Assembly (NCBI GenBank): GCA_907165135.1
Contig: OU015568.1
Span: 9,052,001 to 9,116,000 of the forward strand
DNA: 64,000 nucleotides
Origin: Oikopleura dioica
Taxonomy: Eukaryota > Animalia > Chordata
Reading direction: 5' to 3'
The translations under genes and the position numbers were made by a program. This document shows positions 24,229 through 36,680 of this stretch, in pieces. The notes beneath the pieces were generated by a model that worked only from the letters and a program-made list of their open reading frames with translations, made no database searches and had not been told where the DNA came from. Within the stretch, counting starts at the first letter, position 1. Each line of letters starts with the position of its first letter.

Positions 24229-26162
24229 ATGAGAGTTTTACCAAGTCTGAGTCTTCCAGTCCTATTTGCTGCTGGCTCAGACGTCTTTTCCGCCTTCAAC
24301 AGCTCTGAAGAACTTTGCCAGTGCGTAAAATCTACCGAGAGCCTTCTAATATTATTCCAGGGACGAGACAGCAGCTGCTCAATGCAATGATAAATGTGCA
24401 GCTGACTTTGCAGAGTGCTACGGAAGCTGCGCCGACCAGAATTGCCAGTACGAATGCGTCGCTGAATTCGGCCGCTGCGGCCCTGCCTGTCCCTGTGGCG
24501 AAAATTGTCCGGGCGGCTGTGAAGGCTGCCCGAGCCCATTTTGCCAGTGTACTGACATTCTGAACAATGGAGAGCACAATTACTGTATGCACCGAGCTAC
24601 TGCAAAGCAGGACTATTGCGTTACTCATTGCGAGACGGATACTTGCGTGCTTGATTGTAGTCAAGGAATGGTTAAAAATTCAGCGCTAGAAACAGTCAAT
24701 ACGTTTTTAACCGGGATAAGAATTTCTGAACGAAATGAAGCAGTGTCCCTGCCGAAGCGAATGCGTTGGCGGCTGTCCCTGTAAAGACTCAAGTTATGAA
24801 TGCCGAGAGTATGCGATGATTCTCGACAACGAACATCGAATTGAAGGAAAAATGACTAGCGTAGATGGCGAAGTTTTTGAAAGACGCAGATACGGACCAA
24901 GAAATCAAATGGTACTTGATAAAGCGTTCTATTTTGAATTCAAGGAACAAGGAATGTGGTCTTAAAGTTGATGATTTTATTTCGAATTTACTTTTAATAC
25001 CGTCCGGAAGTATTTATGTACGGCGGAGCCTCAACACCAAGGCAGATTGCTTTCTTCACTGGACCACCAGAGGCACCTTGTCACGAGTTTTAACTAATAG
25101 ATCAGGGCAAAATGAGAGAATAAAGTAAAGCTCGAATTCAGTGAGATCGATGTTTCAGACCTCGAACTTGGCTACGACTTCGATCAAGTCAATGGAACCG
25201 CAGTTTTGATTGAGAACGAAATTGGATTCGAAGATGACGGTAAATGGCGAGTGTTCTTTGCCTAGAAATAAAATGCGTTTAGTAATTTACTTCTGCTTCG
25301 GCCACAAGGATACAGCGTGCTTTGAGTTCGACGGGGAAAATAGTGTCGAAATCGTGCTAGAAACCTCGTTTTCTCATCGACGTGGAGGCGTTGGAATTTT
25401 TCAGACTGAGGTTGAAAATTTTAAAATTTCAGAATTTCAGAAATTTCAAATTGCACGATTAAAAGTTCTGATTGAAAATTTCATTCCACCATAATTTTCA
25501 CATGCAATTTTCATCCCTATTTCTAGACACAGGCAAATCACACCTAAATCAACTGCTAGGAACTAATGTGTTCAGGTTTTCGCCGTTGGTGGTGTCAATG
25601 CCGACGGTTCCTTGAACAACAAAGCTGAAATCTTGGGTCGAAATGGATGGACTACCATTGCCGATTTTCCCGAAGTCACTGGAATATCGGACGTGGCCGT
25701 TGTTTCGGATCTGAAGACGGATAAAAGTTTCATTCTTGGTGGTCATAATGGCGATAATGCCGTCCAAGACATTCATGTTTTTGGCCGGAATGATTCGACC
25801 TTTGAATTCACTTGGATTGGCCGTCTTAGTCGGGTAAGATCATGAAAAAGTCATGTTTATTGAAATTTATCGAAAGAGAATGAGTCAAGTTTCCTCACTC
25901 ATGTTTGAAAATCACATCTTGCTCGTCGGCGAAACAATCGAACGAGTTGAAATTGAAGATGATGCTTCATGCAAGTGTTTGATAACTGGAAAAAATCCGT
26001 TTTACTAAAAAAATATTTTTATGAAACAAGTTCAAAGATGGAAAAGGCTACCACATCCGCGAGTTAGATCCGCCTCTTCAGTACCCAGTTCTTTTTGCTA
26101 CAGAACCAGATGTCTGTCTCAACAGCTGCAAAGAATTCTGCTTCGCTGGAGACCTTTGGTGA
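24229..26162 (+). CDS. Secreted Cys-rich protein with C-terminal kelch-like beta-propeller region
   Basis: Signal-like MRVLPSLSLPVLFAA; CNDKCAADFAECYGSC..CPCGENCPGGCEGCPSPFCQC and CPCRSECVGGCPC; later VFAVGGVNADG..GWTTIADFP..FILGGHNG kelch-type GG repeats; last exon YPVLFATEPDVC..W*. Confidence 0.7.
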
Positions 26163-26238
26163 AGCTTTGAAGAAAGTTGATATTCAAAACGTTTTTATTT
26201 TCTTTCAACAGCAGTAAATAAACAAAAGAAATAATAAA

Positions 26239-29037
26239 TTAGGCATTGAGCTGAACGCCTGGCTCAGTTTTCAGTCCTGGGCTCAGTGGCGTAGAAGACA
26301 CAGGCGGCAAAGTTTGCATTGGTGAGTGACCTGAGAATTCGAGCAGGGTTGGGAATTCAGAGAGCGGTTCAGTTTTTGCGACGTTCGTGTTGAACAATGA
26401 ATTCGGGAGTTGTAGAGGATTTGGCATACTCGAGGAGGAATTTGGAATGAGATTCGTTTCGTTGGCGTAGTTTTGGGAGATGAATTGGGAGAGCGAGGCC
26501 GAGTGCATGTCGATATCGTCAGACAAGCGACGTTTTTTGCCTGGCCGTTTTCGATAAAAGAGCTCGTAGTATTTCTGGTGCCATTCGTTTCGGTGTAGTC
26601 GTAAGTGTGCTGATAGTTTTTGCTCCTTAGAATGATTTTTAGCTGAAATAATAGGGAATTGATTTTGACTAACCGTTTCGCAGTCTTTTATACAGAGAAT
26701 GCAGACTGTTTTAAAAGTTAATGGAGTTTCTGTATGACAAGCGACGGTCGGATCTGATAGGTGAGCAAAACGAGCTTCTTCTGATGGAAATTTCTCCTTG
26801 CAGATTAAGCACATGAGTTCGTTGATAGGTTTTGGAACAGGAAGGGTTGAAGCTGAGGAAGGATCAAACAGTGGTGTCATTGAAATTGGGTTGTTTTGCG
26901 GTGGAGAGTTAGAAGTTGAGACTGTTGCGGATTGATTGCCAGAGAAAAAGTCCATCGAGTAATCTGAAAATTGAAATCAACGAGGAGAACGCCCAATAAA
27001 TAAGTTACCAGAAAGATTGGCCGGCAGCTTGCTAATTCGTTTTCCTGGCGTCTTTCGTTCTCGAATTAAGTCAAAGTACTGCTTGTGAATGGATCGGTTT
27101 TGTTGATGGCCGCTGTACAGTGAGTTTCTGTAATGCGTTTCGGCTTGCTTTTCGTGCTCGAAGCTTTTGTCGCAGACGAAACAGTAGAGCTTCCCGATGA
27201 TTTTGTATTGTGCAAGGCAGTTTTCTGTCATCACCAAATGGCCGAGAAGATCACTGTGCGAAGAACAGGTTTGATCACATGCTCGGCATTTTTGGGGAAT
27301 TTGGGGAAGTTGGATTTCCTTCTGAACGTTTTTTGTTATTTTACAAAAATTATAAATTATAAATTAATAAATTTTGATTGTTCGACCAATCAAAACGATA
27401 TATTTCGAATATGTTATATATATTACTTGATAAGCTTGATGGCGGTTCACCTGGCCAAGTGAATCTGGAGTAAGAGGCATTCTAGGGCCGTAATCCTCAA
27501 GGTCTTTGGCACTTGGGAAGCGGATGATATCAGCCAAGATTCGATGAAGAAATCTCGACTTTTCTCGAGGATTGACAGAGCTGTTTCGGTAGTTCGTGTA
27601 GTGTGTTTTGCACTTGCGAATCTAAAGAGGGTATTTGAAAAAATGGATTTCAGAGTCTTATCTTACGTTATCATATGGTTTTCTACAAACAAGGCAAAAT
27701 CGTAAACCAATCATTCTGAGCTTTTCCTGGCACTGGACTTCTTTTTGCACGTGCTCTAGAACTTTTGTCAAAAATCATCTACAAGAGCTTATTTTACCAA
27801 GTAATTGAAGTTCATCATCGAAGCCTTTTCCGCAGTGTGTGCAGACTTTGAGAACAGTCTCGGGAACATTCTGCTCTGGTGCCATTGCTTTGGCGATATT
27901 CAACGAATTCATCGAGTTTTCTCGTAGAATTGAGGATGTTGTCGATACCAGCTCTGGTGAAAAATTAAGGATTCGGGTCGGCATAACCTCTTTTACCTGA
28001 GAGTGACGGTCGGTTTTGACCAGCGAAGAGGGCTTGAATTGGATTCTGTATTTGCCCGTTGAGCGCTTGAACTGTACGAAGTTAGCTACAGATTGACTCT
28101 TTCTACGAACCTGGTAATCCTGGAATGCCATTTGGAAATCCCGCTTTTCCGAAAATCTCCATCAACGAAGCAGCTCCATTGCTGTTCTCGTTTGTATTAT
28201 TTGTATCAATTTCGATCGTATCATCACTTTTGATTTTCTCCTCGTTGTTGTCAGCCGAGCATTCCTGCGCAGAAACGTCGGAAGAGGTCGAATTTGAGTC
28301 TTTCGAAATCGAGTTTGGACTGAGAAGCTCTTCCATAGGATCTGTAGATGAGTCCTTCTTCTTTATTCGCTGCCCGTTTTCGTAGCAATTCCGAAGGGAT
28401 GACCAGTGAAAGCGGAAGTCTTCGAATTTTGAGACCTTCGTCAGTAAGTGTTTCAATCGGTTTAACTGAAGAAATTATATTATATAATATTCAATAACAG
28501 TTGTTTCACGGTTATCAAAAATTGAAAGCAAAGATTGGATATTTTGGACTGACAGAATTGGCTTTTAATATTTATCTTTTTGAAACGAAAACTAATATTG
28601 ACTCCTTTTTCTTGCAATTTTTTGCTGGTAACTATTCAACTTCAATTTTATTCCTTATTTTTTACTTCCATTTATTGTCGACGAAATGACTCTCCAACGA
28701 GTCATAAAATTGAATTCATGTTCTTTGATCGGGCGGCTTTAATCAGATTAATTATTCAATTTAATTAAACGTTAAATAAGAGCAGCGGAAGGCGGTTTTA
28801 ATGCCTCCACGAGCAGCAGTGAAATAATTAAATTGCAATAAATTTAAAATTATTGATTCGTCGCTGGTCGATAGCAAGGAAGTTGTAAAAATGATCCTTT
28901 TTTACCTGAAACGAAACACTTTCTCCTTGACCGTCGATTTCGAGGCATTTTTCTAGCGATTCATCGATGAGCTTCCATTTGTCATGATTCTCCTTTTGAA
29001 AGCGCTGGAAATCATCCTCGACGACCTCTGGCTCCAT
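26239..29037 (-). CDS. C2H2-type zinc-finger protein
   Basis: Multi-exon; CTHCGKGFDDELQLL, CFVCDKSFEHEKQAETHY, CLICKEKFPSEEARFAHL, CILCIKD..LSAHLRLHRNEWH; acidic/Ser-rich linkers. Confidence 0.7.
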
Positions 29038-29449
29038 CTCGATATTCTTTTTATTATTCTAAAAGAAAGTGGCTGGTTATTTTTTGTTTGAAGAAAAGAT
29101 TTTTTTCTCTGCCTTGAATCGCGTAAGTTGAGATTTGCCAGAGTTTGATTAAATAGAACTAACTAAGTCACACAAACTAAAATCAATACTTATGTTAATA
29201 TTTGATTCAATTCAAATACAAAAATCTACAAACAAGAAAGCGGGAATTTTTAATCGCCAACTGGCTCAAATTGGAATTAAGAATTGGCTGCAACTTTTTA
29301 TCTTGATTTCTTTTTAAATATTTTAACTCTTTGTCGTTCGATGAGAAATTAAAATTTAGGCTAAACGGATCATTCATTTATCTCGTAAGAAGTAAATAAG
29401 GGGATCTTTATTTTAACGGGCAAAAATTTCTGAGGGGCCCTCATTTTAA

Positions 29450-30053
29450 GGGTGTCAACATCGATTTGATAAATTGTTGGACTCATAAGAGATACCCTTA
29501 CTAAATCGATGTTGACACCCTATACGGGAGGTGTACAATTTTTGTCGATTTCGGGATATAATCGCCAGCCAAATGGAACCGGTGAATCGAAATGACCTGA
29601 AAACTCTAATGAGTATTTGTGCACTCCTTACACACCTTTCCGCAAAATTTCAACGTGATAACCCACGCGAGCACTGCACAAGTACCGTTTTTCTCACCTC
29701 CACCCTCGCGCTCCGAGGAAAGAAAAAAACTGACAGCATTTTTTGGAGATCCCTAAGGTCTTGTTTAGATATTATTTATAGGTTTTCAAGTATGTAGAAT
29801 TTGAAAATCATACTTTCAGAGTGGTATCATGAATATTTAATAAAAAAATGACATAATGATATTATGAAAAGAGCAAATTCTAGCACTAAATCTTTAGTTT
29901 TCGAAAAATCTAAAAGTGCAGTTTAAAAGAGAATATTCGTTTTAGTATAATCTGAAATTTTCAGAAGATTATCTCAAAAGAAAGGCCAAATCGACAAAAA
30001 TTGTACACCTCCCGTAAGGGGGTTCTTTAGGCGGGCTCCCGTATAGGGGTTAA
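29450..30053. mobile_element. Composite of nested/abutting inverted-repeat (MITE-like) elements
   Basis: 18-bp IR GGGTGTCAACATCGATTT 29450-29467/29503-29520; 29-bp IR TACGGGAGGTGTACAATTTTTGTCGATTT 29523-29551/29988-30016; extra CTCCCGTATAGGGGTTAA at 30036-30053. Confidence 0.7.
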
Positions 30054-31614
30054 TGTATTCAATATCCATCAAAAGAGTCCCCAATTTGAAGAATTTTAAC
30101 CTCTAGAATCCTTTAAAAGGGGGACCATCTTGAATATAGATATTGGATTCGTTTTGAAATATTTTCTATTGGAATACTCTTAAACTTGATTCTGTATGTG
30201 TTATTCTCTTTTTGCTCATTTAAGTATTTTAAAATGTGTTAATGAAGCAGAGTTTACACACGATAGTGCTGACTCAAATCTGTTGACAACTCTTACTAAA
30301 ACTACTAAAACGAATTTCAAATTCAAATATCTCTTTTGCCATTTTAAAAAGTGGTAAAACTAAGTATAAATGGCAACGCGCTGGAGCCATATTTTCTTTA
30401 TTTTGTTTGAGCGCTAAATTAATTTAGCGTTTATTTATCTTTTCTTTTTTTCGAAAAGCTAAATCTTCAAGCTATTCACAAAGAAAAATGTATTAAAAAG
30501 CTCTTTCACTCTCTTTGCTATGGCGCGTTTTTGATGCTTAGGCATCATTTTTATTTTAGCTTTTGTAGTGATAAAATTATTTCTTTAACATTCTTTAGAA
30601 TCACTACATCGCCGTTTTAGTTTTTTATTGATTTTTAAACTACTGCTCAGGACGTAAATTATTCACCAGACAACTAAGAAATCAACGAAGATAATTTCTA
30701 CTTTTTTAACTTCGAAAGTCTTCGAAAAAAACAGATTCCTTATTGAATTTAAAAAGGTAAAAAGTCATAAAATTGTGGCATTTTTAATCTCTTTGAAAAT
30801 CACTTTCTCTTTTTTCAACAGCTCAAAATCAGTTTACCAGGATGGCTTTTAACGGCTTAATTCGGTTTTGTTTTTCGGCTTTTGTCGAAAAATCGCCGCT
30901 CAAAAATCTGTTAAATTTTTTATTCTTTTTCTCTTTTTTTTCCAGTTTTCCAAATCGCGAATTTTAAATTTGAATTTAAAACCAATCTTAATCTCGTTTC
31001 TCTTTTTCTCTCTTTTTGTTCCTCTGCCGGCTTCGTTGGATAAATATTCAATCTTTTAATCAAAAATAAAGTTAATTATTCATTTTTAGTATTATCTTTT
31101 TTGCACCGGGCTTTTGCTTTTGCTTTATTCGTTTTAATATTTTTCGTACCTTTTTCTCTTTTCTTATTCTAGCGAATTCGTAAAGCGTCTTAATTTATTT
31201 TCGTTAGCCAAAATAAACCAATTTTCGTCTCCTTATCAAATAATTAAAAGCGTCAAAAATAGAATCGAAGCTTTCCAATTTAATTTGAATCTTGTTTGAG
31301 TCCTAAACCGCCGCGATGTTTTGGCGAAAGTGTTATTTTTAATATATTACTTATGAAAATAACAACTCTTCTCTGCAACAACTCGTTCCTATCTTCTCCT
31401 TTTTTCTTAATTATATTTGCTAATTAAATATTTACAGCTTAATTTTAACTTCTATTTTCCTCCGCTTTTTAAAGCCAGGACAAACAAAATACAAAACTCA
31501 TCGATACCAAAAGTATCAAAAGTTCAGAATGAAGAAAAAGGAAGCAAAATTAAAATCAATATTTTCTAAGCTGGACAAAAAATTACGATTACCTCAGACT
31601 TTAAACTAAAATTG

Positions 31615-31831
31615 AAGGGTCCCAAGATAGGACTAGGGTCGGCTATCTGTGTAGAAAACCTGAGTCAGGTTAGGGTTAGGGTTAGGTTAGAAAATTAGAA
31701 AAGATTGAAATTATAACAGTTTAAATCAATAAAATTCTTGCGAAGCCGCTTTGATCTTCAGACTCTGACTCAGGTTTTCTACACAGGTTGCCGACCACGG
31801 ACATAAATTTCCTAGCCCTTATCCGACCCTT
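31615..31831. mobile_element. Hairpin MITE-like element containing a (TTAGGG)-like run
   Basis: Arms GGTCGGCTATCTGTGTAGAAAACCTGAGTCAG / CTGACTCAGGTTTTCTACACAGGTTGCCGACC plus outer GGGTC..GATAGGACTAGG / CCTAGCCCTTATCCGACCC; GGTTAGGGTTAGGGTTAGGTTAG inside. Confidence 0.7.
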
Positions 31832-32674
31832 ACATAACCCAAAGCAACTCTAGCGCATTAAAGCTCAATTATGTTTTGTTAATTTCAAAAATAAAGTCTA
31901 TCAAAGTAACCAAACTGGGTTTTATTTCTTACCGGATAGTAAAGCATAAAAATTCTTCAAATCTCTCTTATTTTCTTCCTTTGTTTTTTGCTCTGTCCAA
32001 AAAGGGAATAAAAATATTTTCGCCAGTGTTTACAACTAGACGGGCGATAATTTAATTATTTGACTAAGGGGTGAGAAATCAGGCCAGCCTTAAAAAAATA
32101 GTAACCCACCGCCGCTCCAAAAATGGGCTGATTGCGATTTTACGCAACCTTTTTTCAAACTTTAATTTTACGCTCTCTTTCCTTTTTCTTTCTTATTTCA
32201 CTTTTTGTTTCACTAATTCAAATCAAGTTTCAATTAATTAATTGAGTCGAAAACTAACTCGCTAAAATCTTTGAATTTATGTCCCCTCTAATCAAATACT
32301 CTATTATCATATAAACCAAACATAAATTCAATTAAAACTTACTTTTTTGCGTCTTTTCCCGCTCTCTGTATTTTTACTCCTCTTTATCGAAAAAATAAAT
32401 CTCCGCAATCTTTCCAAATCCTCCCCGCGCGCAAAACACTTCTTTGGCTACTAAAATTTTGTCATCCAGAAAAAAATTTAATCACTCAAGCGAGAAATAA
32501 TTCCAAATTCTAGCGCCCTTTTTAATTTTCTGTTCTCTCGAATAATTCCGCTCATTAGCTTCTTTTTTTTCAATTATTTTCGTTAGCGCTTTTAAGATAA
32601 TAAGGGAGTAGTCATCATTAGAGCTGATTTTCAATTAAAACTTTCTTGAAGAATTTTCATAGATACACCCTTAA

Positions 32675-32838
32675 CTTGGCTCGGCAACCTGTGTCCAAAA
32701 CCTGACTCAGGGCTTGAAATTTCATTCGAGCTCTTTCTGGCCCTGACTCAGGTTTTGGACACAGGTTGCCAAGCCAAGAACTTTTGGAGTCCCTAACTCT
32801 AACTTTAATCCTAACCGGGAAAGGCTAACCCTAACCAA
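32675..32838. mobile_element. Second copy of the same hairpin family, followed by a degenerate (CCCTAA)-like run
   Basis: CTTGGCTCGGCAACCTGTGTCCAAAACCTGACTCAGGGC...GCCCTGACTCAGGTTTTGGACACAGGTTGCCAAGCCAAG (32675-32778), then CCCTAACTCTAACTTTAATCCTAACC..GCTAACCCTAACC. Confidence 0.7.
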
Positions 32839-34344
32839 GACCTCTAGAAAATACAAGAAAATCAAGCTGTTCAAAGTCTTTTTTATCAATTTTTTTTATA
32901 AAAAAATTCTCTTGCCACCTACTTTTTTCTTTCTTTTATTATTTTCTAGCTCTCTCTTTAAACAAGCTTTTGTATAGGCAGTCTTTTTTAATGAAAAAAG
33001 CTAATTCGGAAAGACTGGCGCGTTCTATCCAGCATCGAAATAAAATTATATTTTAACTCTGCCCGAGGTCGCAAAAAGCGTTTTCAAAAATTTAATTAAA
33101 TTCGGTTGGGGGTCGCCCTCTCAACTTGGCCAGCTCGTCTTCAGTCTGTAATTATATTTTATTAAATATTTATTAATCTAATCTCGTGGCCTAGCGCTCG
33201 AGCAGGCTAGTAGCAAATAAAATACCTCCTCTTCTTTTTTTTTATATTACCACACTCGATTCTGCCTCAATTCTAATATTTAAAAAGCAGAAAAGAAAAA
33301 AGTCGATATTCATCTTGAAAATAAAATTCAAACCGAGTTTCGATCGATAGCTTTTTTTATATTTAATATTCTAAGCAGAAATCGAAGCTTCCCATGCATC
33401 TCGTTTTCCGTTTAGATTGAAATCTATTATTAGAAAAATAATTATCCCATGACTAAAAGTAAACTCAGCGAAATTTAGTCGGCTACTAATTAAGATTATT
33501 GACTACAAATTATATTCTCCTTCATATATCATCAAATGACTGTCTTGAATAATAATGAAAAATCTGAAGTTGGGACTTTTTAATATTATTTAAAAAAAAA
33601 TATTAATTAAAAAAAATTTTTCAATTTTTCAATATCAAAAAATTTTTCAATATTAAAAAAATAATAAATATTAAAAAAATATTTTTTTAATATTATAGAT
33701 ATGACAATAAATAAGAAATTTCGTAAAGATAATTGAATTTTAAATTCATAAAAGTAACATACCAAAAAATCTCTAGCTGCATGCAATAGCGCGTTTGTCC
33801 GGCCCCTCTGTCTCTTATTAAAAAAAATAATATCTCAGTGGGGATCTATTTTTATCTTTTAAGAAGCCCTGGTCGTTTTATTCTGCCCCGAGCGCATTTG
33901 AATATATCTGATAATTTATTCTAATAAATTACCAACGGTGCAAGTGTGGTATAACACACCGCACCAATTCTTATTAAAAAAAAATAATTTAAAAAAAAAT
34001 CAAGCTTTTCGAAGTCGACTCAACGTCAGTTTCTAAGCGGAGCGCCTTGAAATGAAGGCTCTTCAAAGAAAGAAAAATAAAGCATCAGTTTTCTTTTAAA
34101 ATAATCGCCGCGCTCAATCGTCATTTTTAAGAGGTTAGATAGTGTTTTCAATATAAATAATAAGAAAGACGCAAATCATCTACTAATGCATACTTTTCTT
34201 GGCAATTAGTTTTCCATTGCTAATAAATCATTAGTAATAATTACTATACGAAGCCGGAAAGAAAAAGGAAAGAATTCGTGATTTAGTTTTTGTACATGAA
34301 AATAGAATAACAGTCAGAAAGTACAGTGAGCCTTGAGAAATGGT

Positions 34345-36610
34345 TCAGTCTGACATGAGGTCCGAGTAGTCTGCTTTGTCTTCGTCTTTTTGCCCCTGAG
34401 GATGCTTGAGTATCTCTCCGGCGGGGCTGATCGGCGCTGTCTGAACCGAAAACATGATCATCACTTTCTTCCTTGATTTCTCGATTTCCTACCTGGTGGT
34501 ATTCGACGAGCGCGGCGAGGTCCTTGTGCGTTTTCTCCGCGCTTCCGTCGAACTTGACCTTTTTCGGCTTCGACGCGTCTATCAGAAAATGCTTGATCCT
34601 TTCTTCATCCTTGAAGCTTATCGTGTAGCCAAAGACCTTGTCTGAGAGACGAACGAGGAACGAACCGACTTCCACATCCTCGCCAAGTAGCTCCTCCGCT
34701 TCTGCCCGCGATATTAACCCTGAAAACAAAGATAGTACACAAAAGAGTGGAATAAAGGTTGAAGCTGCTTATATTTGCTTGGACTATTTACGCGGTACTC
34801 AAGACATCATAAACAAAAAGCCCATAAAAGGGGCGAAAAATTAGAAAGAGCGAGAAAACGATGCGAATTTTATTTTTTGCATCCGTGGTTTTTGCCAACC
34901 CAGAAAATCGAACAAACCATTTGGATTATGAAGCTGAATGGGGATCTCAAACGAGAGCTAGAGAAAGTCAGAGGTAATTCTACACGTACATCTCCTCAGA
35001 AATAATGATTTCGCACTAGAACCCGCGACGAGTGCAACTTCGACCAACTCCTAAACGCGCAAATCAACAAAGAATTCACCGCCTCCTACTTCTACTACTC
35101 TCTCGCTCAAAAATTCAAGTTCCACACAAATCGCCGTCCAAATTTAGCTCACTTCTTTGAAGACAGAGCCACGGAGGAAAGGGGCCACGGAGAAAAACTT
35201 GTCAATTTTCAACTTGAGCGAGGAGTAGTCGCCGAATTTTATGACATAAAATTCCAAACGGCAAAGATTCATGACGATATTAGCATGCTTGAATCCCTGA
35301 AGATTTCACTGGCGATGGAGATAATTCTAACAGATGAGCTCAAAACGGTATTTTTTATAAAGAAAAAAGTATTCTTCAACCTTTTTAGCTGCTAAAAATT
35401 GCTGAAGACGGCTGCGGAACCTGCAAAAATACCGACGACGTGCTGATAAATTCCCACTGCCAGGCACCCCACATCGCTGAAATCATTTCCTCCGAGTATC
35501 TACCCGACCAGATGAAGGATATCAACCACCTGAAGGGTTTAATCAAGACGCTATCGGACATGGTTGAGGACGCGCCAAGATACCTGCAGCTGCAACATGA
35601 AATGTTCTTTGACAAACATATTCTCTCTCAATAAAAAATCGGGCTTACCATGGAACCATGGATAAATGGTATTATCCTTTTGATAAACGACTCTTCTCGG
35701 CTTCTGAGTCTTCTTGAACCAGTCAATAACTTGATCTCTACTCGCAGGTCTCGGAACGGGTTTTTCAGATTCCTTTTGAAAAAGTTTACTCGGGTTCCAG
35801 CATCTTCTCGGATCGACCCCTAGGAACTTCATAATTTGTTTCTCTTTCTCCCAGAGTACTCCCGCGACGAGGCAGTCTCAAACACGCGTAAGTAAAAGTG
35901 AAAATATTGCCAGTAGCGGCAGGTTTTGTGGTTCGAAGTGATGATCAGAGAAATGTCAGCGGCGCGTTTAGAGTGAGTTCGAGCAGCGGGCGAAAAATGG
36001 CGCCACCGCCACCAAAACGCCGACAATCAACGCCAACATTATTGTCAATTTTCTGATAAAAGTTTATTGATAAGCAAATAAACTTTATTTTGAATCACTT
36101 AAAGTTAATCTGCAACAGCGAAATTTCCAAAAGATATCATTCTTTTTGGCTTTCTTGGCTTCCAAATCTTGATGAGGTTCAACTTTGTTCGTTGGTTTGC
36201 TCAGATTCATTACATTTTCTTCGCTTTCACTGGATACATTTGAGAGCGCTGGGTAAATGGAGGTTCTTTTCGCAATGTTGAATGAGTTTTTGGCAGCAAA
36301 CAACTTCTATATTTTTAGAATAGAAGTTGTTTTCGTCTAATAATTTTTATTTTTCACAGAATTATTCTCCCGGAAAGGGAGGGGGTGTTATGGTGAGAAT
36401 AATTCTGTTTTCCACAGAATAGTTCTGTTCACAGAATTATTCTCACGGAGTGCCAGATTAACAAGAAGATGGCGAAAGCAAAAATCTTACTTATGTCATC
36501 GACTTTTCTTTCCAAGAAACTTGAATCAAACATCTCGCACAGATCCGGATCATTTCTGTAATCGCCTAACGAGCTTTCACTCTGGATATCACATAAGGTC
36601 GGATTAGCTT
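34345..36610 (-). CDS. SH2D4: SH2 domain-containing protein 4-like adaptor (5' end probably extends to ~37400)
   Basis: VIDWFKKTQKP..IYPWFHG/LISRAEAEELL..GSFLVRLSDKVFGYTISF..IKHFLIDAS..HKDLAALVEYHQ/TAPISPAGEILKHPQGQ..DYSDLMSD* matches the SH2D4A/B C-terminal SH2. Confidence 0.75.
34861..35634 (+). CDS. Ferritin (H-type ferroxidase residues, N-terminal signal peptide), nested antisense in the SH2D4 intron
   Basis: Exons 34861-34973, 35020-35347, 35389-35634: MRILFFASVVFA..LNAQINKEFTASYFYY..ATEERGHGEKLVNFQLERG..SLAMEII..EYLPDQMKDI..EMFFDKHIL*. Confidence 0.88.
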
Positions 36611-36680
36611 TAATTTAAAAAGTAAGGATCTGTCTACTTACGAATATCAATACCAACGTAATTCTCTGTCATTAAAATCT

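Noticed and set aside
34780-34860. Iron-responsive element upstream of ferritin
   Set aside because: No CAGTGN loop with a bulged-C stem is visible.
36350-36450. Short CACAGAATTATTCTC direct/inverted repeats
   Set aside because: Too short to define an element; probably a MITE remnant.
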